From: Candidatus Latescibacterota bacterium
Lineage (GTDB): Bacteria; Latescibacterota; UBA2968; GCA-2709665
Direction: 5' to 3'
Assembly: GCA_965205485.1 (NCBI GenBank)
Contig: OZ242180.1
Coordinates: 2,336,001 to 2,400,000 of the forward strand
Length of the DNA: 64,000 nucleotides
The translations under genes and the position numbers were made by a program. The notes under the pieces were generated by a model that worked only from the letters and a program-made list of their open reading frames with translations, made no database searches and had not been told where the DNA came from. Within the stretch, counting starts at the first letter, position 1, and every line of letters starts with the position of its first letter. Positions 51,027 to 60,639 of the stretch are shown here, one piece after another.

Positions 51027-51863
51027 ATGCCGGCCACGGATCCCTGGCTGCCGGTTGGACCGGACCTGAAAACCGTCAACGCGGCGTACGAAAATCCGCT
51101 CAAAGCCCTTTCAGCGGCCGAGATACCGGCCATCCTCCTGCCTCGGTCCTACGACCCGGCCCACTGTGCCGGCCTGATTCGCCGTTTCATAGACCGCGGC
51201 CTGATGCGGGATCCCGCGGACACGGAATCCGACGATGCCCGAACCCGAATCGACATCGGCACCAGCCTGGGGAACCTGGGTAACGACCGGGAGCGATTTC
51301 TCGATCACGCCGTAAAGACTCACGACCTGTTCGGGGATCTCTTCAACGGATTCGACAATCCGGTCGACGTCATCTATGACAGCCTCACCGCCCTCGCGGC
51401 GGGTAAACGGGTGTTGACGGCGCGCGAACCAGACGGCCGCCTTTACGGACCGGCCATCTTCCGCATCCACTACACCCACCACACCTACCGGCCGCACATC
51501 GACCACGTCACGCTGCGCGAAAAACGCTTCAATTACGATGTCTCCCGGTTCGAACACCAGTTCGCCGGCATCCTCTGCTTTCAAAACGCGGCTCAGGCCG
51601 GGCCGGCGACCCAGGCGATCCTGCACCGGTGCCTGTGGACGGAAGACGTCGAGGCGCACATTGCCGAAAACGCCTTTCACGAATACGCCCGGCTGAACGA
51701 CGTCGGACAGTGCCGCGTCGAGCTTGAACCGGGCGATCTCTACTTCTTCAACACCCGCTGCATCCACGAGGTCCCCGCGGTCGAGGGAACAGACCCCAGA
51801 ATCGTCCTGGCCGTCTTCATCGGCTGGTCAGACGACGACGGCGAGGTCTACGTCTGGGCGTAG
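51027..51863 (+). CDS. 2OG-Fe(II) oxygenase-like protein
   Basis: PHID (HxD), PGDLYFFN..IHEV distal His, downstream Arg (PRIV). Confidence 0.7.
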   Translation: MPATDPWLPVGPDLKTVNAAYENPLKALSAAEIPAILLPRSYDPAHCAGLIRRFIDRGLMRDPADTESDDARTRIDIGTSLGNLGNDRERFLDHAVKTHDLFGDLFNGFDNPVDVIYDSLTALAAGKRVLTAREPDGRLYGPAIFRIHYTHHTYRPHIDHVTLREKRFNYDVSRFEHQFAGILCFQNAAQAGPATQAILHRCLWTEDVEAHIAENAFHEYARLNDVGQCRVELEPGDLYFFNTRCIHEVPAVEGTDPRIVLAVFIGWSDDDGEVYVWA

Positions 51864-51950
51864 CGTTATCCCGCCACAAGTCGGAATCTGTCGCCCACAG
51901 TGTCATTTTCACGATGGGAATTCGCGGGTTGCGTCCCGGAATCCGCCGCC

Positions 51951-53336
51951 ATGGCTGAAACCCTGTATCGGGGAAACCTCCTTCCCGAGCGTCCTGCCCT
52001 CCGCGACGTCAGGTCCGTTCTGCCCGACTACCGCGCTATGCTGCTTGCGGTGATGGCCGCCATCGCGGATCGGTACGAACACGAGCCCGACTACCCCTTC
52101 ATCGATACCAAGCTGGACCTCATCTCCGGAGAGGACTTCCCGCCGGACGATCCCGTAAGGGGTGCGAACGCGGTCTTCGGCTGGATTCAGGGTCGCGGCC
52201 TCGAATCCCTGGCCGGGCACTGCCGATGGATGCGCCGTCACAATCTGGCGCCGGAACTTCGGCGGCGCCTGGAGAGAATCACGTCGGACGTGCTCGCGGT
52301 ACTGCTAGACATTCGCGCCAGAAACGCCGGCCGCCTGTCCTTTTTCATGTCACCCGATGGAAACCCGTTCACGCTGGACGAGAATGGCGGGATCCGGACG
52401 CTGCAGCTCACGGAGGAATCGCACTATGGATTCAGCGACCTCTTCAGCGCCAAGGGCATGGTTGCCGCGGCGAGATACCTCGAGTTGCTGGATGCCGAAG
52501 CGGAAGCCATGGAATACTGCCGCCGGGTGGACGATGCAATTCACGAAGGCGGGTTCACCACCGACCAGATTTCGCTGGATCCGATGAATCCCGCCGGTCC
52601 CCGACCGGGACGCCATCCCCACGGCGCGTACATGATTCAGATCGGCGCCGCCGCCGTGCTGGCCGAACACCGTATTTCCGACAGCGTGGAAATGGGTCTG
52701 CGCCTCATTCGACACGAAATGCGGACCTACGTCAATCTGGGCGGGCGGGTGCCGCGTCTCCGGGAGTACGACTTCTGGGAAGCGGTGGACGACGACGGCC
52801 GGCCCTTCGAGGAGGACGGCAGGATCCTTTCCGATCCGGGCCACGTCCTCGAGTTCATCGGCCTGACGCTGAAATTCGCCTCGGCCGTCAGAGAAAACGC
52901 GCTGGCGGATGCCGAACAACTTACGGAAATCGCGGACGTCGAAGCCCATATGCCCGCGCTGCTCGCGCATACCTTCGCGGGAGGCTTCCAACCCGGTCCC
53001 GGCGGCATCTGCAAGGTGTTCGACCTGATTTCCCGCGCACCCGCCAATACCGACATGCCGTGGTGGAACCTTCCTGAAACGCTGCGCGCCGCCGCGTACT
53101 GCTTTTCGATTGCCTCATCCACGGCACAGCGGCAGGACGCTCTGAGCATATTCAGCGCGTGCCACAACGCCTTCACAAGGCACTTCGTTCGTCCGGACCT
53201 CCATCTGATGGCCTATCAGACGCGAAACGAAGCCGGACAGGTCGTGCCGGTCATTCCCGCTACCGCGGATGCGGACCCGGGATACCACACGGGTCTGAGC
53301 ATCATCGACGTACTCGAAATCTTCGAGAATGCGTAG
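51951..53336 (+). CDS. AGE (N-acylglucosamine 2-epimerase)-like (alpha/alpha)6 protein
   Basis: WIQGRG, HPHG, DPGHVLEF, MPWWNLPE, DPGYH. Confidence 0.7.
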   Translation: MAETLYRGNLLPERPALRDVRSVLPDYRAMLLAVMAAIADRYEHEPDYPFIDTKLDLISGEDFPPDDPVRGANAVFGWIQGRGLESLAGHCRWMRRHNLAPELRRRLERITSDVLAVLLDIRARNAGRLSFFMSPDGNPFTLDENGGIRTLQLTEESHYGFSDLFSAKGMVAAARYLELLDAEAEAMEYCRRVDDAIHEGGFTTDQISLDPMNPAGPRPGRHPHGAYMIQIGAAAVLAEHRISDSVEMGLRLIRHEMRTYVNLGGRVPRLREYDFWEAVDDDGRPFEEDGRILSDPGHVLEFIGLTLKFASAVRENALADAEQLTEIADVEAHMPALLAHTFAGGFQPGPGGICKVFDLISRAPANTDMPWWNLPETLRAAAYCFSIASSTAQRQDALSIFSACHNAFTRHFVRPDLHLMAYQTRNEAGQVVPVIPATADADPGYHTGLSIIDVLEIFENA

Positions 53337-53359
53337 CCAGACGCACTAGACGGGAAGCC

Positions 53360-54022
53360 ATGCGCCTCGAGATCAAAAACCTTTCACTTCGGTACGGCAC
53401 AAAAAAACCGCTGTTTCAACGCGTGGACCTCACCGTTGACAGCGGAGACTTCGTCCTCATCCACGGGCCGTCGGGAAGCGGTAAATCCAGCTTCCTCAGG
53501 CTGCCCAACCGGCTGCAGGAGCCCTCATCGGGCGACATTCTGCTAGACGGCAGCCCGGTGTCTCGCCACAACGTCACCGAACTGCGGCGAATGGTCGGTT
53601 ACGTCCAGCAGACGCCCGCGATGGCCGGGGGCAACATTCGTACCAACCTGACCCTGTCATTCACGTTCAAAGCCGGACGGGAACGGCAACAGCCGGACGG
53701 AGACCGGCTCAGAGGCCTCCTGGACGAATTCCTGCTTCAGGACGTGGACCTCGACGACGACGCGGAAACCCTGTCCGTAGGGCAGAAACAGCGGATCGCC
53801 CTGATCCGTGCGCTGCTGTCCGAACCCGGCTTTCTCCTCTGCGACGAACCCACTTCCGCCCTCGACCCCGAGTCCAAATCCGTGGTGGAAACATGGCTGG
53901 AACGACTCGCGCTGGAACAGAACATCGGCATCTTGCTGGTGACGCACCTGGACTTCACGCCCGTTCGAGTCAGGGCCCGGCGATACCGGCTCGACGGCGG
54001 TCTTCAGGAGGTCTCCGCTTGA
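53360..54022 (+). CDS. ABC ATP-binding protein (FetA/YbbL-like)
   Basis: GPSGSGKSS, LSVGQKQR, CDEPTSALD; coupled to a FetB-like permease. Confidence 0.85.
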   Translation: MRLEIKNLSLRYGTKKPLFQRVDLTVDSGDFVLIHGPSGSGKSSFLRLPNRLQEPSSGDILLDGSPVSRHNVTELRRMVGYVQQTPAMAGGNIRTNLTLSFTFKAGRERQQPDGDRLRGLLDEFLLQDVDLDDDAETLSVGQKQRIALIRALLSEPGFLLCDEPTSALDPESKSVVETWLERLALEQNIGILLVTHLDFTPVRVRARRYRLDGGLQEVSA

Positions 54023-54792
54023 ACCTGATCGAGATCACTCCCATCCAACTGCTTCTGTGTCTCGTTTTCGTTTTGATCGCGGGCACCGGCTCGGTTGTCT
54101 TCCGCCTCAACCTGGAAAAGGACCTCGCGTGGGGCACCGTACGCACCTTCGCGCAGCTCTTCCTCGTTGGCTACGTCCTGAAGTACATCTTCCAGATCAA
54201 CAACCCGTACCTGATTCTCATCCTCTTCGTCTGGATGGTCTTCTGGGCCGCCCACGCCATCCGCGGACGCGTAAAGGAAAAAGAGGTCCGATACTTCATC
54301 CCAACGTTCATTTCAATGGTGGCCAGCTACACGACCGTTTCCATCCTGGTTACGGCGGCGATCGTTCAGGTCAAGCCCTGGTACACGCCTCAGTACTTCA
54401 TCCCCCTCGGCGGCATGATTATCGGCAACTCCATGAACGCGGTCACGATCGCACTGGAACGCCTCTTCTCAGACCTGCGCAAACAGCGGGACCAGATCGA
54501 ACTCGCCCTTTGCCTCGGCGCCACCTACCAGGAAGCGACGGCCACGATTCTTCGCGACGTGGTCAAGGCCGGTATGATCCCTTCAATCAACTCCCTGATG
54601 ACCGTCGGCCTCGTTTCCCTGCCCGGGATGATGACGGGTCAGATCCTGGCTGGCTCGGACCCGATGACTGCCATCAAGTATCAGATCATTGTGATGCTGA
54701 TGATCGTTGCCGCCACTGCTATTGGCTCGATTATCGTCGTACACGTCGTCCGCCGCCGCTGCTTTACCCGGGCGCATCAGCTGGCGATATAA
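54019..54792 (+). CDS. fetB: FetB/YbbM (UPF0014) ABC permease
   Basis: QLFLVGYVL, IPLGGMIIGNSMN, GLVSLPGMMTGQILAG..P..AIKYQI; TTG start overlaps the upstream stop. Confidence 0.85.
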   Translation: MNLIEITPIQLLLCLVFVLIAGTGSVVFRLNLEKDLAWGTVRTFAQLFLVGYVLKYIFQINNPYLILILFVWMVFWAAHAIRGRVKEKEVRYFIPTFISMVASYTTVSILVTAAIVQVKPWYTPQYFIPLGGMIIGNSMNAVTIALERLFSDLRKQRDQIELALCLGATYQEATATILRDVVKAGMIPSINSLMTVGLVSLPGMMTGQILAGSDPMTAIKYQIIVMLMIVAATAIGSIIVVHVVRRRCFTRAHQLAI

Positions 54793-54797
54793 ACTGG

Positions 54798-55583
54798 TTA
54801 GACCGTTTCACCCGACCCGCCGTCGAAGTTGATCGCGGCGCCGGTGATGAAGGCGCCCCGGTCGGACACCAGAAACGCGACCAGATCGGCCACCTCGGCG
54901 GGTTCGCCCATCCTGCCCAGCGGCACGTCCTTTCCGAGTTTCTCACACCAGGCATCGAAATCCATGTCGCTGCCGGAGGCCGTCCAGGCCCGCTCCGCCT
55001 GCGCCGACCTGATATTCGTGAGGCACACCGTATTGACGCGAATCCGGTGCTGCGCCAGGTCCTTCGACATCGCCTTGCTCAATGCGATCCCCGCCGCGCG
55101 GCTCACCGACGTGGGCACTGAACCCGGCCCCGGCGCCTTACCCCCCGGATGCGTGATGTTCACGATGCTGCCCCCGCCACGCGACTTCATGTGCGGAACC
55201 GCCAGACGTGAACCGCGGACCGCGGCCCAGAACTTCAAGTCGAAATCTCCCTGCCAGACGGACTCGGGTGCATCTTCGAAGTGATGGCCTTCGGAACGGC
55301 CGGCGTTGTTGACCAGGATATCGATTCCGCCGAATCCGGACACTGCGTCATTTACGAACCGTTCCACGTCCGCGGCAAGCGTGACGTCCGCCGCCACCGC
55401 GAGGACCTCGGCGCCGGATTCCGATCTGATGGCGTCCGCCGCGGCCGCCAAAACGTCCTGACGCCGCGCGCACATCGCAACCCGGCATCCCTCCCCGGCC
55501 AACTTCAGGGCGATCCCTTTTCCGATGCCCTCGCTGCCCCCTGTCACCAGCGCCACCTTGTCCGTCAGATTCAACTCCAGCAT
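54798..55583 (-). CDS. SDR family oxidoreductase
   Basis: VTGGSEGIG, LVNNAG, PLGRMGEPAEVA, GAAINFDGG. Confidence 0.92.
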   Translation of the reverse strand: MLELNLTDKVALVTGGSEGIGKGIALKLAGEGCRVAMCARRQDVLAAAADAIRSESGAEVLAVAADVTLAADVERFVNDAVSGFGGIDILVNNAGRSEGHHFEDAPESVWQGDFDLKFWAAVRGSRLAVPHMKSRGGGSIVNITHPGGKAPGPGSVPTSVSRAAGIALSKAMSKDLAQHRIRVNTVCLTNIRSAQAERAWTASGSDMDFDAWCEKLGKDVPLGRMGEPAEVADLVAFLVSDRGAFITGAAINFDGGSGETV

Positions 55584-55707
55584 TTCACTCCCTCCTTGAG
55601 TCGACACCCTGTGCCACAACCGGCGCCTTCGGTAAACGAGCGAGGCCGCAGTCCGGCTGCGCGACGCGCTCTCGACCTCTCGAAGCGTCGTCTTCTGCGT
55701 GTGACGT

Positions 55708-56346
55708 TCAACCCGCGGCCCATCGCACGCCCTGGCAGAGCATGACCTGTACCGGAGGCCTCGCAAACGTCCCGGGGCCGTGACCGAGCGCCGTGTAGAA
55801 GACCCGGCCCGACCCATAAGGTTTCACCCACGCAATGGGAAACGTCCCGCCATGCCATTGCGCCGAAGCGAGAATCCGCAGTTGAGGCTCGTACGCCGAA
55901 ATGTAGATTTCGTCGTCCACCTCGAAATCCTCGATGCCCATCATTACCGGATGGTCCCCGTCTGCCACCCGTACGCTGAACTTCAACCCGGGCGGGTGCC
56001 AATTGGCGTGCCCGCCCAGGAGGTCCGCCGCACGCCCGCCGATCCACCATGCCGATCCGTGAATACCCACCAGCCCCTTGCCGCCGGCGACGAACCCGAA
56101 GAGCCCGTCCTCCTGTGCGGGCGTCAGGTCCGGTTCGCGGGCGATCGAACCGTCCTCCCGCTTGACGGTGCGCGTGAACCCGGTTCCGAATACGCAGACG
56201 TCATATTGTTCCATCCCGCTGGCCAGAAGGTCCTTGTCCGTTCTCAGTTCCACGGACAGATCGGGCTGGTCGTCCAGGAACCCATGGATCATTCCGGCGC
56301 TCTGATCGAAGCCGTGATTCGCACCCGACAGAATCAATACGTTCAT
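55708..56346 (-). CDS. ThuA-like domain protein
   Basis: GGKGLVGIHG, HPVM, DEIY, GRVFYTALGH, GVRWAAG. Confidence 0.88.
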   Translation of the reverse strand: MNVLILSGANHGFDQSAGMIHGFLDDQPDLSVELRTDKDLLASGMEQYDVCVFGTGFTRTVKREDGSIAREPDLTPAQEDGLFGFVAGGKGLVGIHGSAWWIGGRAADLLGGHANWHPPGLKFSVRVADGDHPVMMGIEDFEVDDEIYISAYEPQLRILASAQWHGGTFPIAWVKPYGSGRVFYTALGHGPGTFARPPVQVMLCQGVRWAAG

Positions 56347-56642
56347 TGCAAACCCTCCTCCGGATAACCGTTGCCCTTCGAATTCCGCTGCGCCGGCCCC
56401 GCGAACCCGCTGGCGACAGGCTCCAGCAGAGCCGGATGAATTCCTTATCTAATTGATTTTATTCATCTTCCATCCGGTAACCGCGCGTCGTACAAAACAT
56501 GCATCGCAGGAATTCCGATGTCAACGGTTTTTCTCGGCGTCGGCGTTCGAGATACGCGCCCCTTGATTCGGGTACATATATCGCCTAAATTCAACGGGGC
56601 GGCGGTCCCGCTCCCAGGTGCGGGTATCGAATTTGTCCCTCG

Positions 56643-56972
56643 TTGGAAACCACATCATCTGCGCCCATCGTCAATTTACAGGAACACGACGCAATGTACG
56701 AAGGTGAAGTCAGGGATTGGTACGCTCGTTCCCCCGCGGAGCGTTTCGTCGAGTCTCAGAAACTCTGGGAGATATTCCTGCTCTTTGGAGGAGACCTTGA
56801 ACCAGAGCCCGATACCCAAAGCCCTTTCCACGATATTCGGTTCCAGAGTCCGGGCGCTGCTGATGGGCGGCCAAGCCTGTATCCTTTACGGAGCGGCGGA
56901 GTTCAGCCGGGACATCGATCTGGCGATACTGGCATCGGCCGACAATCTGAATCACCTGCAGACTGTTCTTGA
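56643..56972 (+). CDS. Small hypothetical protein overlapping the nucleotidyltransferase (putative partner)
   Basis: DWYARSPAERFVESQKLW...GGDLEPEPDTQSPF reads as protein-like; start is TTG 56643 or ATG 56694. Confidence 0.55.
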   Translation: METTSSAPIVNLQEHDAMYEGEVRDWYARSPAERFVESQKLWEIFLLFGGDLEPEPDTQSPFHDIRFQSPGAADGRPSLYPLRSGGVQPGHRSGDTGIGRQSESPADCS

Positions 56973-57543
56973 TCAATTGCAGGCCGAAACGACGTACGTG
57001 CCTGATTTAAGCCGGGAAGTGCTCGTTCGGGGACATGCCTGCCACTTCAGGTGCGGCGCTCCCGGTGTCGAGGGACTTCGAATCGATGTAATGGGCAAGC
57101 TGAGAGGTCTGCCTAACTTCGATGTATTGTGGAATCGTCGGACGGAAATCGAACTACCCGAGGTCTGTGCCGTTCCGGTGATCGCGTTGGAAGATCTGGT
57201 TCGCGCGAAGAAAACGCAGCGCGACAAGGACTGGCCTATGATCCGTCGCCTGATCGAGGCCGACTACTTTCGGCGTCACAACAGGGCATCTGAAGAAAAG
57301 GTGCGTTTCTGGCTCGCAGAATGCAGGACGCCGGACATCCTTCAGGAGATCGTGAGAAAGTATCCTGGTTTAGCCCGCGACATGGTCAGGAGTCGACCGC
57401 TCTTGATAAGCATTCTGGAGGGACGGCGCGCGGACGTCGAAGATCAATTGCGCGACGAGGAAGATCGCGAACGTAATCTGGACCGTCGTTACTGGGCGCC
57501 TCTGAGAAAAGAACTGGCTGCCTGGCGCCGCCGGCGAGGATGA
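56797..57543 (+). CDS. Nucleotidyltransferase-fold protein
   Basis: LLMGGQACILYG..EFSRDID (GG...DxD), RIDVM, DLVRAKKTQRDKDW; TTG start at 56797. Confidence 0.75.
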   Translation: MNQSPIPKALSTIFGSRVRALLMGGQACILYGAAEFSRDIDLAILASADNLNHLQTVLDQLQAETTYVPDLSREVLVRGHACHFRCGAPGVEGLRIDVMGKLRGLPNFDVLWNRRTEIELPEVCAVPVIALEDLVRAKKTQRDKDWPMIRRLIEADYFRRHNRASEEKVRFWLAECRTPDILQEIVRKYPGLARDMVRSRPLLISILEGRRADVEDQLRDEEDRERNLDRRYWAPLRKELAAWRRRRG

Positions 57544-57579
57544 ATTCAACGAAGGGTTTCTGCCAACCGGAGCGGCGCC

Positions 57580-58599
57580 ATGGCTGCCAGGCCGCTGAGC
57601 GAAGCCATCCTGAATTACACGGTCCCCTGGACACGAGTGGACTGGCCGCCTGATTGGGGCACGATTTTCGGCCGTCCGGGCTCGGTGGTCGTTGAAATCG
57701 GCTTCGGCACGGGCGAGTTTCTGGTGGACCGGGCCCTTACGCATCCGGAGATGAATTTCGTTGGGATCGAACGATCATGGGTGTCGGTACAGAGGCTGTT
57801 CAGGCGGTTGGATCGAAGCGGACCCGGGAACGTGCGGGTGGTCCACGGTGGGGCGGATTTTGTGCTGGAACGCCTCTTTTCGGTGGAGAGTGTCGCACAA
57901 GTCTACATCAACTTCCCGGATCCCTGGCCGAAGGAGCGCCATCACGGCAGACGCCTGATCCAGCCGGCGTTCGTCCAGGTGCTTGCGGAGCGACTGGCGC
58001 CGGGCGGGACGGTGACCGTGGCGACCGACCACGGGGGATATGCGTCGTGGATTACAGGGATACTGGAAGCGCAGCCGCTTCTGCGATCCGGTTACCGGTC
58101 TCCGTCGGTGTCCGGTTTGCACGGCAGAAAACCCACCAAATATGAACGCAAGGCCCTGTGTGGCGGCGCGCCCGTCCACTATTTCGTCTGGTTGCGCGAA
58201 TCCGGCTTCGCCAGGGCGAAAACCGTTGAAAAGGTTGGACCAATGCCGAATATGCTGCTGAAAGGGAAGTACGACCGTGCGCGGTTGCCGGCGGAATTCG
58301 ACGCGTGCTCCTGGCGGACGGACCATCACGGCGTAACGGTGGTGATCAGGCTGGTGTCCCTCTACACGGACCGGAACGGGGACAGTCTGGTGGAGGCGAT
58401 GGTGAGGGAGGGCGCATTCTCCCAGCACTTCGGCATCCTGGTTCTGGCGCGATCCGGAAACCGGGTGTTGATCAAACTCTCGCCGATCGGTCAGCCGCGG
58501 CCCACCTGGGGGGTGAAGCAGGCGGTAGGCAGGGTGGGCGAGATGGTGCTGAAGCACTGTCCCGGGTTGAGCGTAGCGGAAAGCGCGGTGGGCCGATAG
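57580..58599 (+). CDS. trmB: tRNA (guanine-N7)-methyltransferase with C-terminal extension
   Basis: EIGFGTGEF, NFPDPWPKERHHGRRL, ATD, TKYERK. Confidence 0.93.
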   Translation: MAARPLSEAILNYTVPWTRVDWPPDWGTIFGRPGSVVVEIGFGTGEFLVDRALTHPEMNFVGIERSWVSVQRLFRRLDRSGPGNVRVVHGGADFVLERLFSVESVAQVYINFPDPWPKERHHGRRLIQPAFVQVLAERLAPGGTVTVATDHGGYASWITGILEAQPLLRSGYRSPSVSGLHGRKPTKYERKALCGGAPVHYFVWLRESGFARAKTVEKVGPMPNMLLKGKYDRARLPAEFDACSWRTDHHGVTVVIRLVSLYTDRNGDSLVEAMVREGAFSQHFGILVLARSGNRVLIKLSPIGQPRPTWGVKQAVGRVGEMVLKHCPGLSVAESAVGR

Positions 58600-58655
58600 C
58601 GTTCTGTCCCGGACACAGATTTCCCGATTGGCGAGGGTTTTTCGGGGCAGGACTC

Positions 58656-59714
58656 TTATGCAAAGATGATCTGCGCGCTCCCGTCCAGGGGCTTCGCGGC
58701 GCCGATGATACGTGCCCGTCCCTCCCCGGCGTCGTGGAGCGCGGTCAGAAGGCTCCGGCCCTGGTCGGGCGGGACCGAGACCAGCAGACCGCCGCTGGTC
58801 TGGGGATCGACGAATATCTCGTCGTGCCGATCGGGCAGGACCGCGTCAAAACGGGTCGCGTCCCGGATGAGTTCCCTGTTGGCGGCGTTCGCGCCGGTAC
58901 CCACGCCCTTCTCGTACATTTCAAGGGCTTCCGACATGACGGGGACGTCCGACGCGGCGATCTCCAGGGTGAGCCCGGAACCCCTGGCGATTTCAAGGGC
59001 ATGGCCGGCCAGGCCGAATCCGGTCACGTCGGTGGCCGCGTGGATGTCGAAACCGGCCATGGCGTCAGCCGCGGTCTTGTTCAGTGCGGCGGTGGTGTCG
59101 AGGCACTCCTTCACGGCTGCGTCCGAGACCCATCCTTTGAGGTTGGCGTTGAAGAGTACGCCGCTGCCGATGGGTTTGGTCAGGATGAGCAGGTCGCCCG
59201 GCCGTGCGCCCGAGTTGTGCCAGTATTCTTCAGGGTGGACGACTCCGGTTACGGACAGCCCGAATTTGGGCTCCTCATCGTCGGTCGTGTGCCCGCCCGC
59301 CAGCACGGCGCCGGCTTCCGTGATCTTGCTGAGGGCGCCCTCTACGATGCCCGCCAGGACCTCCGGCCCGAGGCGACGGGAGGGGAATCCGATCAGGTTC
59401 AGGCACGCGATCGGCCGCCCGCCCATGGCGTAGACGTCGCTGAGGGCGTTGGCCGCGCCGATCTGTCCGAAAACGTACGGATCGTCCACAGGAGGCGTGA
59501 TGAAGTCCGCCGTGAGTACGAGGGCGGTCTCATCGTCCATCCGGTAGACGCCGGCGTCGTCGCTGGACTGAAATCCCACCATCAGATTCGGATCGGCGTT
59601 TTGAGGCAGGCCGTCCAGAAGTTTCTTCAGTCCGACCGGACTGACTTTGGCCGCTCACCCGCAGGTCCGCGCCAGGCTTGTGAGCGTATGTTTTTTCCTG
59701 ATGAACGGTAACAC
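58656..59714 (-). CDS. selD: Selenide, water dikinase; selenoprotein (Sec at codon 20)
   Basis: GTG 59714 reads LTSLARTCG-TGA-AAKVSP in frame with DDAGVY, DFITP, NALSDVYAMGG, GGHT, TDVTGFGLAGH, DPQTSGGLL. Confidence 0.93.
59627..59644 (-). promoter_or_regulatory. Bacterial SECIS hairpin of selD
   Basis: TCAGTCC-GGTC-GGACTGA starts 10 nt 3' of the in-frame TGA (59655-59657). Confidence 0.8.
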
Positions 59715-59862
59715 AGGTACGTCCCCGGAGGTTCTTGCGTATCGCGATCCGTGCTGAGATAGATACGGGAAAACAACCGCGATCGCAACCTCAAACCATC
59801 TGCATGCTCCCGCGCCGGCCCGGCTCCGGCGGGCCTATGCGCTAATCGGCGGTAATGCCCTG

Positions 59863-60579
59863 ATGAACCGTGGATTCGAAACAGTACACGCGCTCTCGTT
59901 TGTAGACGTTTCGAAAGTCTACGATGCGGGAGTCGGATTGCGTTATGCGCTTCGCGGCGTGTCGTTTGTCGTTGAGCCTGCCCGGAAGGTGGCCGTTGTT
60001 GGACGCAGCGGGAGCGGGAAGTCCACCCTGCTGCACCTTGCGGCCGGCATTGACGTTCCCACCGGAGGGATGGTGAAGGTTGGCAATCGGGACCTGAGCG
60101 CGCTGACCGAAGAAGCCAGAACGAAACTGCGCCGCGACGAGGTGGGACTCATTTTTCAGTTTTTCTATCTCATGCCGCACCTGCCGGTGGCGGACAACGT
60201 CGCATTACCCGCGATGATCGCGGGGGAAAAGCCGCGGTCGTACCGCCCCCGGGTTATGGAACTCCTGGAGCGCGTGGAACTTGGCGACCGCGCGGGAGAC
60301 CCGGTGCAGAAGCTGTCAGGCGGCGAGCAGCAGCGGGTGGCCATCTGCCGGGCGTTGTTGCGCCGGCCCGGTCTGCTGCTGGCGGACGAACCGACGGGCA
60401 ACCTGGACGACGATAACGGGCGACGGGTGATGGAACTGATGATGGAACTGGTTGATCATGAGGGCGCGACGCTGGTATACGTAACCCACAGCCGGGAATT
60501 CGCCTCACTTGCCGATGACGTCTGGGAACTGCACAGCGGAGAGTTGAGCCATCCGTCACCGCCGCGCGCCCCCGCGTAA
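59863..60579 (+). CDS. ABC ATP-binding protein (LolD/MacB-like)
   Basis: [33 protein letters not shown]. Confidence 0.92.
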   Translation: MNRGFETVHALSFVDVSKVYDAGVGLRYALRGVSFVVEPARKVAVVGRSGSGKSTLLHLAAGIDVPTGGMVKVGNRDLSALTEEARTKLRRDEVGLIFQFFYLMPHLPVADNVALPAMIAGEKPRSYRPRVMELLERVELGDRAGDPVQKLSGGEQQRVAICRALLRRPGLLLADEPTGNLDDDNGRRVMELMMELVDHEGATLVYVTHSREFASLADDVWELHSGELSHPSPPRAPA

Positions 60580-60639
60580 CCGGCCGGGGCGCCGAACGCA
60601 TCGTATGTTGACTGTTTTTCGCAGATCAGGGCCGTTCCG

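Noticed and set aside
50508..53336. dCMP deaminase, 2OG oxygenase and AGE-like genes as RiPP tailoring enzymes
   Set aside because: They are separated from the cluster by a 220-bp gap and start with a housekeeping gene, with no leader-binding domain or box motif seen. The oxygenase cannot be fully excluded without synteny data.
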